Source: a virus (taxonomy: Duplodnaviria > Caudoviricetes). Taken from it: DNA of 64,000 bases. Location of the stretch: positions 32,001-96,000 of IMG/VR virus record IMGVR_UViG_3300048629_000034; one strand, written 5' to 3'. The notes beneath the pieces are model-generated. The model made no database searches, was not told the DNA's origin, and saw only the letters and a list, made by a program, of their open reading frames with translations. This document shows, one piece after another, positions 1-9,996 of the stretch. How positions within the stretch are numbered: the stretch's first letter is position 1; every line of letters starts with the position of its first letter. A program made the translations under genes and the position numbers.

Positions 1-285
1 CATTCTTCTTGATGATAGGAATGGATCTTGTAGAGCAGGAATCTTATCCTCTCTCTGTTTCATAATTAGTCTTGATTTATATTTTGATTTATTTGGAAGT
101 GTATCAGGAGTTTTTCCGCCATTAATTAATGTTTGTAGTTTTTCAACTTTAGCAACCATCTCTGAATGCTTAGATGATGCTTTGTCCATATCGCCTTTCA
201 GCTGAGCAACTGTCGGCTCATTTTTCCAACATGGCTGAAGTTTATTTCCGTTATCTTCGTCAAATGTTACTTGCTCTGGACTCAT
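1..285 (-). CDS. Portal protein, N4 gp59-like (N-terminal 95 aa; runs off the window)
   Basis: Manual translation MSPEQVTFDEDNGNKLQPCWKNEPTVAQLKGDMDKASSKH...KSRLIMKQREDKIPALQDPFLSS resembles the N4-type portal N-terminus (WKxEP...LKGD...LxxPFLSS). AGGAG RBS. Not in the ORF track. Confidence 0.75.
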   Translation of the reverse strand, partial: MSPEQVTFDEDNGNKLQPCWKNEPTVAQLKGDMDKASSKHSEMVAKVEKLQTLINGGKTPDTLPNKSKYKSRLIMKQREDKIPALQDPFLSSRRM

Positions 286-626
286 GAATCTCCTATATTC
301 TCTTTTGTGTGATAGATTTGCTATCTCTTATTGCATAATACTACTACAATAATTCTTAACTATGACTTATATTCTCATATACATATTTGAGCCCACACTA
401 GGTATGGACTCTCATATACACATTAAGGAGAAAAATGTTATACGATCTTACCATATATTAAGCTGTATCACTTTTGTCCTAAAGCTCTACTTGATCTCAT
501 ATTGAACCAATGAGTAGCTTTAGGATCTACATATTATACAAAAGGAGAAAATGAAAAAAATGTTGAGAGCACACACTCTCGTTCGGCATATGGTCGCACC
601 GTACATCTTTACACACATTCTTTATG

Positions 627-935
627 CTACATTTTTTTAGCACAATCCTTGTATGTTTTCCCACTCATTGCTCTACTCATAGTAGAAGTACCAACTCCCA
701 TTTTACTAGCTAAGTCAGATACACTAACACCCATTTTGAATTGATCTCTGCACCATATGATTATCTTGCAGTCCAATTTCTTTTTATTTGTAGTTTTTCT
801 TTTTACAGCTTTGTCTGCATATGTAGCTGTTGGCTTAACAAATTTTGAATCTACCTCAGCATTGAATGGACCACGAATTGATTGTGATATTCTAGCTATA
901 ATGTATTCGTACATGCTTTTTATTGTATCGAACAT
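627..935 (-). CDS. Small helix-turn-helix DNA-binding protein
   Basis: C-terminal GVSVSDLASKMGVGTSTMSRAMSGKTY is HTH-like; AGGAG RBS. Confidence 0.55.
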   Translation of the reverse strand: MFDTIKSMYEYIIARISQSIRGPFNAEVDSKFVKPTATYADKAVKRKTTNKKKLDCKIIIWCRDQFKMGVSVSDLASKMGVGTSTMSRAMSGKTYKDCAKKM

Positions 936-962
936 ATTTTCTCCTTTTTTATTTATTGTATT

Positions 963-1601
963 CTATCTAACTTTTAATAAGTTTTCAAGTCTATTATTCC
1001 ATCCATTCAAATAACTTATGTATTTATCCGGATTGCTCGCTACTAATTTAGCTAATTCTAACTGCATATGACTAATGAAGTATGCCTCGAACAGGTATCC
1101 ATATGTATTATTTATATCAACTGCACCAGCTACATTAGCTAATCCAAGTTCAGTTTTAGAACCATACGCACCATCTACTACTAGTTTTGAACCAATAGTA
1201 AACTCATTGTCTATGAATTTATTTACAGTAGATTGTATTGATTTGATTGTATTCTTTGGACTTAGTGTATATGCAGACATAACTGCAACCACTGATTCTA
1301 CTGGATACATATCGATATGTATATTATAGTAGTACTCGTCATAGAACTCACTAACCAATTCTTTAACTATTTCCACATCTATATTGTTATTTATATCGTC
1401 TATTGTTAGTTGGTTCCATTCGTTTGAGTTTAAGTGGTATCCTAATTCATTTGCAATCTGATCTATGTATTCGAATATCTTGGCTGAACTATGTTGTGTT
1501 CTATATATCCCATATGGAGCTGTGATATCACTCTCAGTTGGTAATCTGTGAACTTTAGTTCCTTCTGCTTTGGCTAAGTGTTCTAGTATTTGTTCTGTCA
1601 T
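963..1601 (-). CDS. Endolysin, GH108/lysozyme-like with C-terminal peptidoglycan-binding motif
   Basis: N-terminal HLAKAEG and TAPYGI, internal LVVDGAYGSKT, C-terminal YLNGWNNRL; next to holin-like genes. Confidence 0.65.
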   Translation of the reverse strand: MTEQILEHLAKAEGTKVHRLPTESDITAPYGIYRTQHSSAKIFEYIDQIANELGYHLNSNEWNQLTIDDINNNIDVEIVKELVSEFYDEYYYNIHIDMYPVESVVAVMSAYTLSPKNTIKSIQSTVNKFIDNEFTIGSKLVVDGAYGSKTELGLANVAGAVDINNTYGYLFEAYFISHMQLELAKLVASNPDKYISYLNGWNNRLENLLKVR

Positions 1602-1617
1602 AGTATTGGTTCTCCTA

Positions 1618-2121
1618 TTATTGTAATATAAACATCTTCACAGCTACAGCTATCATACTTCCGGCAACAGCTCTCCATAGCCATGTAATGTTAGCATTCA
1701 TCTCATCTACTTTATCTGTTAAATGCTTTAGGTCATTTTTACTCACTTGGTCCTCACTGATCGCTAACTTTAATGCACTACATCCCTCTGATGTATTGTC
1801 TTGAGTATATTCAGTAAGCTTAAGTATTTTTCCATGATTATAATCAATTTTATCTTCTAGTGTTTTCATGTCCTTCTTGGCTGATTCACTATGGATCTTG
1901 CATGATGAGCCTTTTTTTATTTCATCGAATCTATAATTTGTCATTTGCATGAAATTTGTAAAATTGCTCAGCGAATCGATAATCTCCTCTAGCTTTCTAT
2001 TGTGACGCTCCTGCTCTTTTGCATTGCTTTCTATTACAACTTCAAGCTTGTTCATCACAACTACAAGCTGTCCAGTAGTATCTTCAAGCTTATCTATTCT
2101 ATTTTCTAATTGTTGGCTCAT
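1618..2121 (-). CDS. Coiled-coil protein with C-terminal TM helix (lysis accessory or holin-like)
   Basis: Heptad-rich body ending WLWRAVAGSMIAVAVKMFILQ; within the lysis cassette. Confidence 0.5.
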   Translation of the reverse strand: MSQQLENRIDKLEDTTGQLVVVMNKLEVVIESNAKEQERHNRKLEEIIDSLSNFTNFMQMTNYRFDEIKKGSSCKIHSESAKKDMKTLEDKIDYNHGKILKLTEYTQDNTSEGCSALKLAISEDQVSKNDLKHLTDKVDEMNANITWLWRAVAGSMIAVAVKMFILQ

Positions 2122-2185
2122 TAATTTATTCCATCTGTGTATATTGATTTTCTTTTATTTTATCGAACCAATACTTATGTCAGAC

Positions 2186-2560
2186 TTATTTCTTTGACTT
2201 CATTTGTTTTATAATTCCTTCAGTAGCTCCAGAACCAAAGTAGAACACAATTATACTTATGAATGCTAACCCTATATTGAAGTGGTCGGCTACTGCATAC
2301 ACATCTGATACATTACCACCATTGTACATTACACCTAGTGATACTAGAACCAATACTATTACTAATCCAGTAATTCCAAATGCTAGTACTCTCTGAGCTA
2401 ATTTAAATGGTTCATAAGCCTTTAGTATCTCAATCTTCATCTTTGATTTACTTAGCTCCATATTTGCTTTCTCTTCATCTGTATATACCATTGCATCTAT
2501 AGCCGATATACCTGCATCTATAACTTTATCGCTTCCGAATATTTTACCTAGTATTCCCAT
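2186..2560 (-). CDS. Holin (3TM-holin-like)
   Basis: Start moved to MGILGKIFGS; xTDEEK motif followed by two TM segments ending FYFG. Confidence 0.6.
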   Translation of the reverse strand: MGILGKIFGSDKVIDAGISAIDAMVYTDEEKANMELSKSKMKIEILKAYEPFKLAQRVLAFGITGLVIVLVLVSLGVMYNGGNVSDVYAVADHFNIGLAFISIIVFYFGSGATEGIIKQMKSKK

Positions 2561-2561
2561 C

Positions 2562-2840
2562 TTATTTACCTTTCTTGATTGGACTTCTATGTACATTAAC
2601 AGTGCGTCTGGCTCTCTTAGTATCTATAGTTGATTGCTTCTTTAACTCAGCTAACAGCTTATCATCGTATGTATTAGTTGACTTCTTAGTTAAGTACTCA
2701 GCTCCATTAACTATAATCTCATGGATATCTTCATCATTCATAAACTCAACTATCTTAGCAATCTTCTTACTTTTGTTAGCTGATCTTTGTATGAACCAAG
2801 CTAATCCTTTAGCTATTAGTTTATATAGTAATTCTTTCAT
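2562..2840 (-). CDS. Hypothetical protein (lysis region)
   Basis: 92-aa ORF packed in the operon; STNTYDDKL motif. Confidence 0.5.
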   Translation of the reverse strand: MKELLYKLIAKGLAWFIQRSANKSKKIAKIVEFMNDEDIHEIIVNGAEYLTKKSTNTYDDKLLAELKKQSTIDTKRARRTVNVHRSPIKKGK

Positions 2841-2915
2841 TCGTCACCCCATTCTTTCATGTTTAGTCCTTTTTTATTAAACTTAACAAAGCCCTCCTAA
2901 GAGGACTCTATAAAT

Positions 2916-3224
2916 TTATTTAGTAGCTAGCTCTTTAGCCATTGCTCTAAATGTTTGATATTCAGAATACTCTTCTGGTTTACTATCCCTATCGTTAGTT
3001 AATGCAATCTCTGCTCCAGCAGTATATTGTGTAGCAATTATAGCTTCAACTATATCACCGTAGCTAGCAGATTTATCTACTTTTACTTCATCACATTCGT
3101 ATGTAGTAATTTCGTTGTTAGTCATTTCGTCTATTTTTGATACTGATTTCATATTGAATCTGTAAACTTTTTTACCTTGTACTTCTTCTGTTTCGTTTGG
3201 CATAACATCGTATTGTGCTTTCAT
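2916..3224 (-). CDS. Small tail-associated hypothetical protein
   Basis: 102 aa, directly after RT; IIATQYTAGAEIAL...EYQTFRAMAK pattern typical of small genes following phage tail fibres; not Avd-like. Confidence 0.5.
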   Translation of the reverse strand: MKAQYDVMPNETEEVQGKKVYRFNMKSVSKIDEMTNNEITTYECDEVKVDKSASYGDIVEAIIATQYTAGAEIALTNDRDSKPEEYSEYQTFRAMAKELATK

Positions 3225-3227
3225 ATT

Positions 3228-4268
3228 TTAATTCCTTATTAATATTTTATTGTTGATTCTTCGATTGGCGAAAATCATTCTTAGTTTGTAGGTAGATATC
3301 GTATTCCATAAATTAAATGAATCTGTAATTATTGACCACCCATTATAGGCTGCAACCTTACCCTTTAGCTGTCTATCTCCAAAATTTTCATGATTATTCG
3401 TAATGTCTCTGAACGTCTTTACCATATTTTTCTTGATTTTGTTTCTTATCATAGTATATTGATGAAAGAATCTGAACCCAAGAAAGTCTACTCCTCGCTT
3501 ATTTACTTGGTATACCTGGTAATTGCCTTTTATTGATAACTTTAATTCTTTATCCAAATACTCCTTTATTGTATTAAATACATCATGAAGATATTCTTTG
3601 TCGTCATGCAATATAACTATATCGTCACAATATCTAAAATAATGCTTTACACCAAGTTTTTCTTTGACCCAATGATCAAAATAAGTTAAGTATAGATTAC
3701 CGAAGTATTGGCTCATATAGTTTCCAATCGGAACACCTTTAGTACTATCTATTATTTCATCAAGCAATGTTAATGTGTCTTTGCATTTAATCTTTTTACG
3801 TATTATTTGTTTTAGTATATCATTGTTTATGCTAGGATAGAATTTTTGCACATCTAGTTGTAAGCAATATACGGGTTTATCTTTTCTGATTATTCGTTCT
3901 ATCTTCTTTTTAGCCTTATGAACACCTCTTCCTCTTATTGATTGGTAGGTGTCAGATATTAGTGTTTTAAACCAGATTGGTTCAAGCACTTGCATTATGG
4001 CATGATGTATAACTCTGTCAGGAAAATATGGTAGTTTATATATTTCTCTTTCTTTACCTTTGTCGTTCTTTATGAATATCTCATATTGACTATTAACAAA
4101 GGTCTTACTTTTAAGCATTTGGTGTATTTTTTCTATGTAGAAGTTTTCGTTTCGGTTGAATCGCATAACTTCTTTATAGTGCTTTTTACCAAGCTGAGCT
4201 CTTTTATGAGCTAATCGTATATTATCTATATTGTATATTTTTTCGTATAAATTATTGTATCTTTTCAT
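3228..4268 (-). CDS. DGR reverse transcriptase
   Basis: Start MKRYNNLYEKI; KxRxI, PDRVIHHA, LDVQKFYPSI, GVPIGNYMSQYFGNLYL (DGR-type SQ), YFRYCDD, GVDFLGF. Confidence 0.95.
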   Translation of the reverse strand: MKRYNNLYEKIYNIDNIRLAHKRAQLGKKHYKEVMRFNRNENFYIEKIHQMLKSKTFVNSQYEIFIKNDKGKEREIYKLPYFPDRVIHHAIMQVLEPIWFKTLISDTYQSIRGRGVHKAKKKIERIIRKDKPVYCLQLDVQKFYPSINNDILKQIIRKKIKCKDTLTLLDEIIDSTKGVPIGNYMSQYFGNLYLTYFDHWVKEKLGVKHYFRYCDDIVILHDDKEYLHDVFNTIKEYLDKELKLSIKGNYQVYQVNKRGVDFLGFRFFHQYTMIRNKIKKNMVKTFRDITNNHENFGDRQLKGKVAAYNGWSIITDSFNLWNTISTYKLRMIFANRRINNKILIRN

Positions 4269-4384
4269 TGTCTTATCACCCCTGAATCTTCCCGTTAGGT
4301 ACCAATACATAATAGAGCATAGCAGTGTGTTTTACCAAGAGGTAAGGGAGCAAATCGTTAAGTATTTGTTGTTTTAATTGATAA

Positions 4385-4488
4385 GTTCGGGTACCCACAT
4401 TATCATTCGAATTAGAAGTGGTCCAATTGGTATTCAGATAGAACGTGCCAGTATTCAGCCCATTATTCGCATTCCCGCTAGATAACAT
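4385..4488 (-). ncRNA. DGR template repeat (TR)
   Basis: 104-nt copy of the VR at 4608-4711; 22 mismatches, 21 at TR adenines (minus strand); rich in AAY codons. Confidence 0.95.
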
Positions 4489-4525
4489 GTTAAACTTACT
4501 CCCTGTATATATGTAGGCAGTTTTG

Positions 4526-4571
4526 AGTGGGATACCCAGCCCACTTTATTTATACTATGTGATATAGTATA
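4526..4571 (-). promoter_or_regulatory. Two hairpins downstream of VR (candidate DGR homing hairpin or terminator)
   Basis: TATACTAT-N5-ATAGTATA at 4551-4571 and AGTGGG-N8-CCCACT at 4526-4545, 18-63 nt past the target stop codon. Confidence 0.55.
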
Positions 4572-4588
4572 TACGATTAAACCTTACA

Positions 4589-5935
4589 TTAAGCTTTCTT
4601 AAATTGAGACCGGGCACCCACATCAACATCCGAATCAGAAGCGCGCCAACCGGCATGCAGATAGAACGCGCCAGCACTCAGCCCATGATGCGCAGCCCCG
4701 CCAGATAACATAATTCTATTTCCACTATTTTGCCAGTAATAATCACCAATCTTAGTTGAGCTTCCTGCACCTATAGTATCTGGGAAGAATCCTTTTGAGC
4801 TATTTGCTAGTGTATTTTGATAGCCACTGCTAGCACTCATTGTAATTCCAGCTGATACATAATCACCACTGAATACATCATCAGCAAATCCAGCAGAATT
4901 ATTTGATATATACGGCACATAGTCTTGGATATTGATACCATCTACGAATGTCCATACATTACCGTAGAAGTCTTCTATACCTCTGTATGACATAAATGCA
5001 GCATCTGCAGCAGCGTCATCTGCATCACCAGCATAGTTAATTGCACCAGTACCATTACCTATCGAATTACTTCTACCAGCAATCCCATGATAGCTACCAG
5101 GAGCCCATGAACCGCCACTTAGTTGAGTTCTACCCATACCAATAACTTCTTGTGAATTGAAGTCAGCAAATTCTACCAGCATTAGTAATTGAACAGCACT
5201 TAGTGTATTGAAATCTTGATGACCCCATCCAGAACCATTACTCTTGGCAGTTGTTCTAGCACCGTCTCTAGTTTGCGATACTTTTGGGTACGAACCACTA
5301 ACTGATCTACCATTTGCATCCATTGCATATGCAGCAATGTATATTTTATAGATTTCACTTCCGTTATCTACAAATGCAGGATGAACTGTAGCTCCATCAA
5401 ACGGAAGCAAATTAATCATATGTGAATGCGTTCCATTTTTATATGAGTATTTGTAGTAGAACTTTGGTATCTCTACCATTACATCACCATCAGTACCATC
5501 TAATACAGCAGCACTACCATCTTCTTTGTAATTACTATTTGTTTCTGATAAGTAGTAATTAACTGTACCATTATCAAGTAGTGTACATCTTTTCATCTGT
5601 CTTTGGATATATGTAAAATCAGTTCCACCGATTCTATTGTATATATCACCATTTTGATCCCATGTAACACCATATGGTTGTATCGGGTCTAGTACACTGA
5701 TATCGCCTGAACCAACAATAGAATTACCATTAATAGTTTTTAACTCACTCTCTTTAACAATAGTAGCATCAGCTGGTTCATATCTAGCATCACTTGTAGC
5801 TTTATCATATACGTCTGCAGCATTAGCCTTATCATTACCTAGTGTAGTAATATCAGCTTCAGCACCTTCTATTCTAAGTCTATGAGCTTTAAATTCTGCC
5901 CCGACTTTTGTTCCTATCGATGTCATTATTGACAT
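4589..5935 (-). CDS. DGR target: receptor-binding tail adhesin with C-type-lectin-fold C-terminus (Mtd-like)
   Basis: VMVEIPKFYY, YRGIEDFYGNVWTFVDG and terminal GG...VGAR motifs; VR at the extreme C-terminus; follows tail fibre genes. Confidence 0.9.
   Translation of the reverse strand: MSIMTSIGTKVGAEFKAHRLRIEGAEADITTLGNDKANAADVYDKATSDARYEPADATIVKESELKTINGNSIVGSGDISVLDPIQPYGVTWDQNGDIYNRIGGTDFTYIQRQMKRCTLLDNGTVNYYLSETNSNYKEDGSAAVLDGTDGDVMVEIPKFYYKYSYKNGTHSHMINLLPFDGATVHPAFVDNGSEIYKIYIAAYAMDANGRSVSGSYPKVSQTRDGARTTAKSNGSGWGHQDFNTLSAVQLLMLVEFADFNSQEVIGMGRTQLSGGSWAPGSYHGIAGRSNSIGNGTGAINYAGDADDAAADAAFMSYRGIEDFYGNVWTFVDGINIQDYVPYISNNSAGFADDVFSGDYVSAGITMSASSGYQNTLANSSKGFFPDTIGAGSSTKIGDYYWQNSGNRIMLSGGAAHHGLSAGAFYLHAGWRASDSDVDVGARSQFKKA
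4608..4711 (-). repeat. DGR variable repeat (VR)
   Basis: Encodes MLSGGAAHHGLSAGAFYLHAGWRASDSDVDVGARS versus TR translation MLSSGNANNGLNTGTFYLNTNWTTSNSNDNVGTRT. Confidence 0.95.
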
Positions 5936-6144
5936 ATAGTATCCTTTATTTCTTTTATTTGCGTAAACACGATTACGCTTATTTATCCACTATCATATGA
6001 TAGCACCTCTATGTATTTTACATTATGTATTATACATAGTCCTCGTGTTAGTTTATAGCCTCATTTCGGAGGCTACACGTATACTCTAGTGTATGGCCAT
6101 ATTTTACTATAGCCATACTAAGAATACACTTATATTTATATATT

Positions 6145-7113
6145 CTATTTAGCTGAACTAAATGCTGTATCGAAATCAGCAAGTGAACCAATAGCAGCTA
6201 TACTATCATTTAGTACTTTACCTTGAGCAGCACTAAGTGATATAGATGTATCTGTGCTATCTAGTCCGTTATACACATCTCTTTGAGCTATAGTTGTATC
6301 TATAGCATTTCCATTGTATGTTGGTTCTCCGTTAGCATCTTCTCCGAATTTATCCAATATAGTAGAATTACTATGAGAATGAAGATCAGTAGTTTTTGCA
6401 ACATCACTTGGTAGCGTATACACAGTATCTGTAAATACAGCATTAGCAGGTACTGGAGTTAGGACTTTATTGTCTACATAAACTTGTGTAGTAAAATCAC
6501 TATCGTTAGTAATATCAGAAGTTTTGGTAACCTTAGTATATCCCATAGCTCCAATTTCACTATCTGATAATTTAGTATCATCAAGGAATGAGCTTAAATC
6601 AACACTATTACCGTTAGAAATAGATATAGCAGTACCACTTAATGATAATAATTGACTATCAGTTTCAGATGTCAAGTAACCTGCATCATTAGTTAGTTCG
6701 CTTACTTTTGTAGGAACTGAGCTAATATCAGCTTTATTTGATAATGTATTATTTATTGTTGAAACATCAGAAGCTAATCCAGCTTCAACGCCTTTAGCTC
6801 TAGTAACCTCATAAGTTAAGTCAGTAACAGTATCTTGTGCTGTTGTATCCGAAGCTAATGCAGCTATATCAGCTACAATAGTACTGTCATCGTACACAGT
6901 ATCTGTAAATACAGCATTAGCAGGTACTGGAGTTAGGACTTCCGAAGCTAGTGCCTTAGTATCCAATTCATCAGCGACAGCTACGAAGTTTTGTTGTATT
7001 GGTTCATTCCAATTGATACTATCTCTACCTATAAGGTCTAGGCCTTTATATTGGACAGTAGCATTACTAGGAAGTGCTAACGAACCAGTATCTGTAACCA
7101 AATTATATGTCAT
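6145..7113 (-). CDS. Tail fibre protein
   Basis: PTKVSELTND and TKTSDITND repeats, LSAAQGKVL fibre motif, duplicated VLTPVPANAVFTDTVY. Confidence 0.75.
   Translation of the reverse strand: MTYNLVTDTGSLALPSNATVQYKGLDLIGRDSINWNEPIQQNFVAVADELDTKALASEVLTPVPANAVFTDTVYDDSTIVADIAALASDTTAQDTVTDLTYEVTRAKGVEAGLASDVSTINNTLSNKADISSVPTKVSELTNDAGYLTSETDSQLLSLSGTAISISNGNSVDLSSFLDDTKLSDSEIGAMGYTKVTKTSDITNDSDFTTQVYVDNKVLTPVPANAVFTDTVYTLPSDVAKTTDLHSHSNSTILDKFGEDANGEPTYNGNAIDTTIAQRDVYNGLDSTDTSISLSAAQGKVLNDSIAAIGSLADFDTAFSSAK
6419..6941. repeat. Perfect 49-nt direct repeat (6419-6467 and 6893-6941)
   Basis: TACACAGTATCTGTAAATACAGCATTAGCAGGTACTGGAGTTAGGACTT twice, offset 474 nt (158 codons). Confidence 0.9.
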
Positions 7114-7218
7114 ATATAATTCCTTTCATTTTTATTTTTGTTAGTGCAGGTAGTGCAGCACTGAAAGTATAACTTTATATTATACTTAAAGTGCCATAAA
7201 CCCCCTTAGTAGAGGGGT

Positions 7219-9366
7219 CTAATTACCTGCGCCTCCAGATCCTGCCGTACCCATCGACGCTCCAGACTGGCTAGCTTCGTTGAACATGTATTGGATTTTA
7301 CAAACTTTACCGTCAAATTCACCAGCAGTAACTACATCTAAATTAATAGTAGTTCCTGAGATAGATGCAACATTAACTGCTACAGCTTCAGAATCATTGT
7401 CACCAGCATAAACGATAACTTCTCCGAAGATTACACCGTCAGCGATTGGAGCATAAGTAGTAGTAATTGAATCACCAGAAACAGTTACAGAACCATCAAG
7501 ACCTTCTAATTTCATCATTGGAATCCATAAGTCAGCATATTTTTTAGCTTCTAATTCTGCATATAATACAGAACCAACAGTAGTGTTATCACCTTCGATT
7601 ACGTCAAGTCTTAAGTCAAGTGCATCATCAGCATCTTTTCTAGTAGTCTCTTCAGCAGTGATAGCGTCTTTTCTGTCTTGGATCTCAGTGTCAACTTTAG
7701 TGTCGATAACACCTTCAGCTGTAGTTGCTCTAGACTCTTCAGCATCAACATCAGCGATTCTGTCAGTAGCTTCTTGAGAGATAGCATTAGCATTAACTAG
7801 CTCAGCAGCTTTAGCTCTAGTTTCTTCAACTAGGATGTCGTAAGCAACAGAACCAACAGTTTGATCATCAGCATTTAATGTAGTGATAGCTGCAGCATTA
7901 GCAACTTCAGCAGCAGTAGCTCTAGTAATCTCAGAGTTTAATGCAGTTGTTTGAGCTGTATTGTTTGATGTAATTGTACTATTTAAAGTAGCAACTTCGT
8001 TTGTAACTCTAGTATCAACAACACCATCAGCAGCAATGTATGCAGCAGTCATAGCAGTATCAGCAGCTTTGTAGTCTGTATCTAATTGAGTAATTGCATT
8101 AGTGTTAGCAACTTCAGCATTTCCAGCTCTAGTAGCTTCAGTAGAAATTAATCCCTCAACTCTAGTGATTTCAGAACCTCTAGTAGAGATTTCAGAATCA
8201 ACTTTACTTTCAATTCTAGTTTCTTCACTAACAGATCTATTTTTCTCAGCAGTAACTAAACCAGTTAACTCAGCGAAATCTGCAATTTTTAAGAATGATT
8301 TAGAAGTAAATCCAGATGGCACATAATCTCCACCTTGATCTGGCAATACAACATATACATCTTTTTCAGAAGTTACGTAGTAAGCTTGACCAGCAACTAA
8401 GTCGCCTTCAACTAATGCATCGATTCCCGCTAAATCAGCAACTGAACCTTTCCAAGAAACACCAGCAACTAGTGTACCTTCAACAGCAGATAATCTTCCA
8501 GATAATGCAGAGTCAGCATTTGTTCTGTTAGTTACTTCAGTAGATAGTGCAGCTTCAATAGCAGTCTTGTTACCAGAAACAGTAGAAGTTAATGCAGTGA
8601 TTACACCATCAACTCTAGTAATTTCAGTTCCTCTATCAGTAACCTCAGTAGCAATAGCAGTAGCATTAGTAGCTTCAGCACCTTCAGCTCTTGTTTTTTC
8701 AACAAGTACAGCAGCATCAGCATAAGCTTCAGTAGCAGTTATAGCAGCGATTCTATCAGTTTTTTCAGTATCAACTTTACCGTCGATTCTAGTTTCTTCA
8801 GAGATAGCTCTAGTTTGCTCAGCCTTAACAGCATATGCAACTGAACCAGCAACAGTATCAATATCATTTAATAATGCGATTTCAGCATCAGTAGCAGAGA
8901 TTTCACCATCTAATTTTGTTTCAATTCTAGCTTCTTCAGCTTTTGCTCTTGTCTCTTCGTCAGCAGTAGCAGTAGATGAACCAGACGCTAAGTTTGCAAT
9001 ATCATTTGCCAGTACAGCTTCTTGAGCAAGTGCTCTGTTTTCTTCAACTAAAATAGCAGCATCTCTATCAGTTACTTCTGTAGAAATAGCAGTACCTCTG
9101 TCAGAGATTTCTTGATTTAAATTATCTTCTAATTTTTTTAATGTAGCATTTGAAGCAGATACTCCACCTTTTAAGTCTACGATAGCTTGTGATCTATCAG
9201 CAACTTCTTGGCTAATACCACCTTGTAAATTCTTACCAGCTTCTGCAGATAATGGTTTACCAGTTCCACCAGTAGTTACATCATTTACGATGTCAGAGAA
9301 GAAAATCTTATCTTTTAGTGAAGGTATCGTTCTATTACCAGATTGTCTAATTTTATTAATTGCCAT
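7219..9366 (-). CDS. Long coiled-coil tail fibre or stalk protein
   Basis: 715 aa Ala/Thr/Glu-rich with many ExxRAxAxE and ExxDR repeats; LSAEAGKNL motif; TVGSV knots. Confidence 0.75.
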   Translation of the reverse strand: MAINKIRQSGNRTIPSLKDKIFFSDIVNDVTTGGTGKPLSAEAGKNLQGGISQEVADRSQAIVDLKGGVSASNATLKKLEDNLNQEISDRGTAISTEVTDRDAAILVEENRALAQEAVLANDIANLASGSSTATADEETRAKAEEARIETKLDGEISATDAEIALLNDIDTVAGSVAYAVKAEQTRAISEETRIDGKVDTEKTDRIAAITATEAYADAAVLVEKTRAEGAEATNATAIATEVTDRGTEITRVDGVITALTSTVSGNKTAIEAALSTEVTNRTNADSALSGRLSAVEGTLVAGVSWKGSVADLAGIDALVEGDLVAGQAYYVTSEKDVYVVLPDQGGDYVPSGFTSKSFLKIADFAELTGLVTAEKNRSVSEETRIESKVDSEISTRGSEITRVEGLISTEATRAGNAEVANTNAITQLDTDYKAADTAMTAAYIAADGVVDTRVTNEVATLNSTITSNNTAQTTALNSEITRATAAEVANAAAITTLNADDQTVGSVAYDILVEETRAKAAELVNANAISQEATDRIADVDAEESRATTAEGVIDTKVDTEIQDRKDAITAEETTRKDADDALDLRLDVIEGDNTTVGSVLYAELEAKKYADLWIPMMKLEGLDGSVTVSGDSITTTYAPIADGVIFGEVIVYAGDNDSEAVAVNVASISGTTINLDVVTAGEFDGKVCKIQYMFNEASQSGASMGTAGSGGAGN

Positions 9367-9448
9367 GAATTAATCCTTTATTTTGTTTTGTTTGAGCTGA
9401 GCGTAGTAGGGGCTCAAGTCGCTCTAATCAAGAGCCCCGTAGTTTTTT

Positions 9449-9700
9449 TTATTTGTTATCGTCGACAGCTAATTCAAATTCCTCAACTGTACCGATATCT
9501 GTTGTCGAGCCACCAGCCGCAGACTCCAGGAAGTCTAATCTGGTTATAATACCATCTTGAGTATTAATTACATCTTTAACGACACTAGCTCCTGCTACAT
9601 CATTACTATCAATTATTTTAGTATTAAATTTATCTCTATTTCTTATTATATTTGATGTTGAATCGGCAGACGATGTACTGAAATATCTTCTTGGTAGCAT
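9449..9700 (-). CDS. Small putative virion protein
   Basis: 83 aa in the structural operon; ends IGTVEEFELAV. Confidence 0.5.
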   Translation of the reverse strand: MLPRRYFSTSSADSTSNIIRNRDKFNTKIIDSNDVAGASVVKDVINTQDGIITRLDFLESAAGGSTTDIGTVEEFELAVDDNK

Positions 9701-9996
9701 TATAGACTCGATATATATTTTACTTCACAGGCTTTACCAGTCAAGTTTTCTTCAGCAAGCATCTCCACTCTGGTACCGCTTCTATTGAATTTGCCATCAA
9801 GAACCAAGTCACCACCATCTACTCCAAATATGACCATAGATATTATTTCTCCTCTTGGCTCCATGCTTAGCTCTACCCAGTTAGTATTTCCATCGTTATA
9901 TATTGTTAGATTATCTGTTATACATATAGTTTTGTCAATGCTTTTTATTGTACTTGAGTTGTAACTTTTAGTACTTGTTCTATATAGCACTTTCAT
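9700..9996 (-). CDS. Small putative virion protein (beta-rich)
   Basis: Overlapping ORF; C-terminus GKACEVKY resembles GKVCKIQY of the 715-aa fibre. Confidence 0.5.
   Translation of the reverse strand: MKVLYRTSTKSYNSSTIKSIDKTICITDNLTIYNDGNTNWVELSMEPRGEIISMVIFGVDGGDLVLDGKFNRSGTRVEMLAEENLTGKACEVKYISSL

Larger units (their letters stand above)
3228..5935 (-). mobile_element. Diversity-generating retroelement: target(VR)-hairpins-TR-RT, no avd gene
   Basis: All components visible; only about 320 nt between target stop and RT start, occupied by TR and spacers. Confidence 0.93.

Noticed and set aside
4276-4488. 70-aa ORF as an accessory (Avd-like) gene
   Set aside because: It is the translation of the TR plus spacer, with no Avd-like helical bundle.
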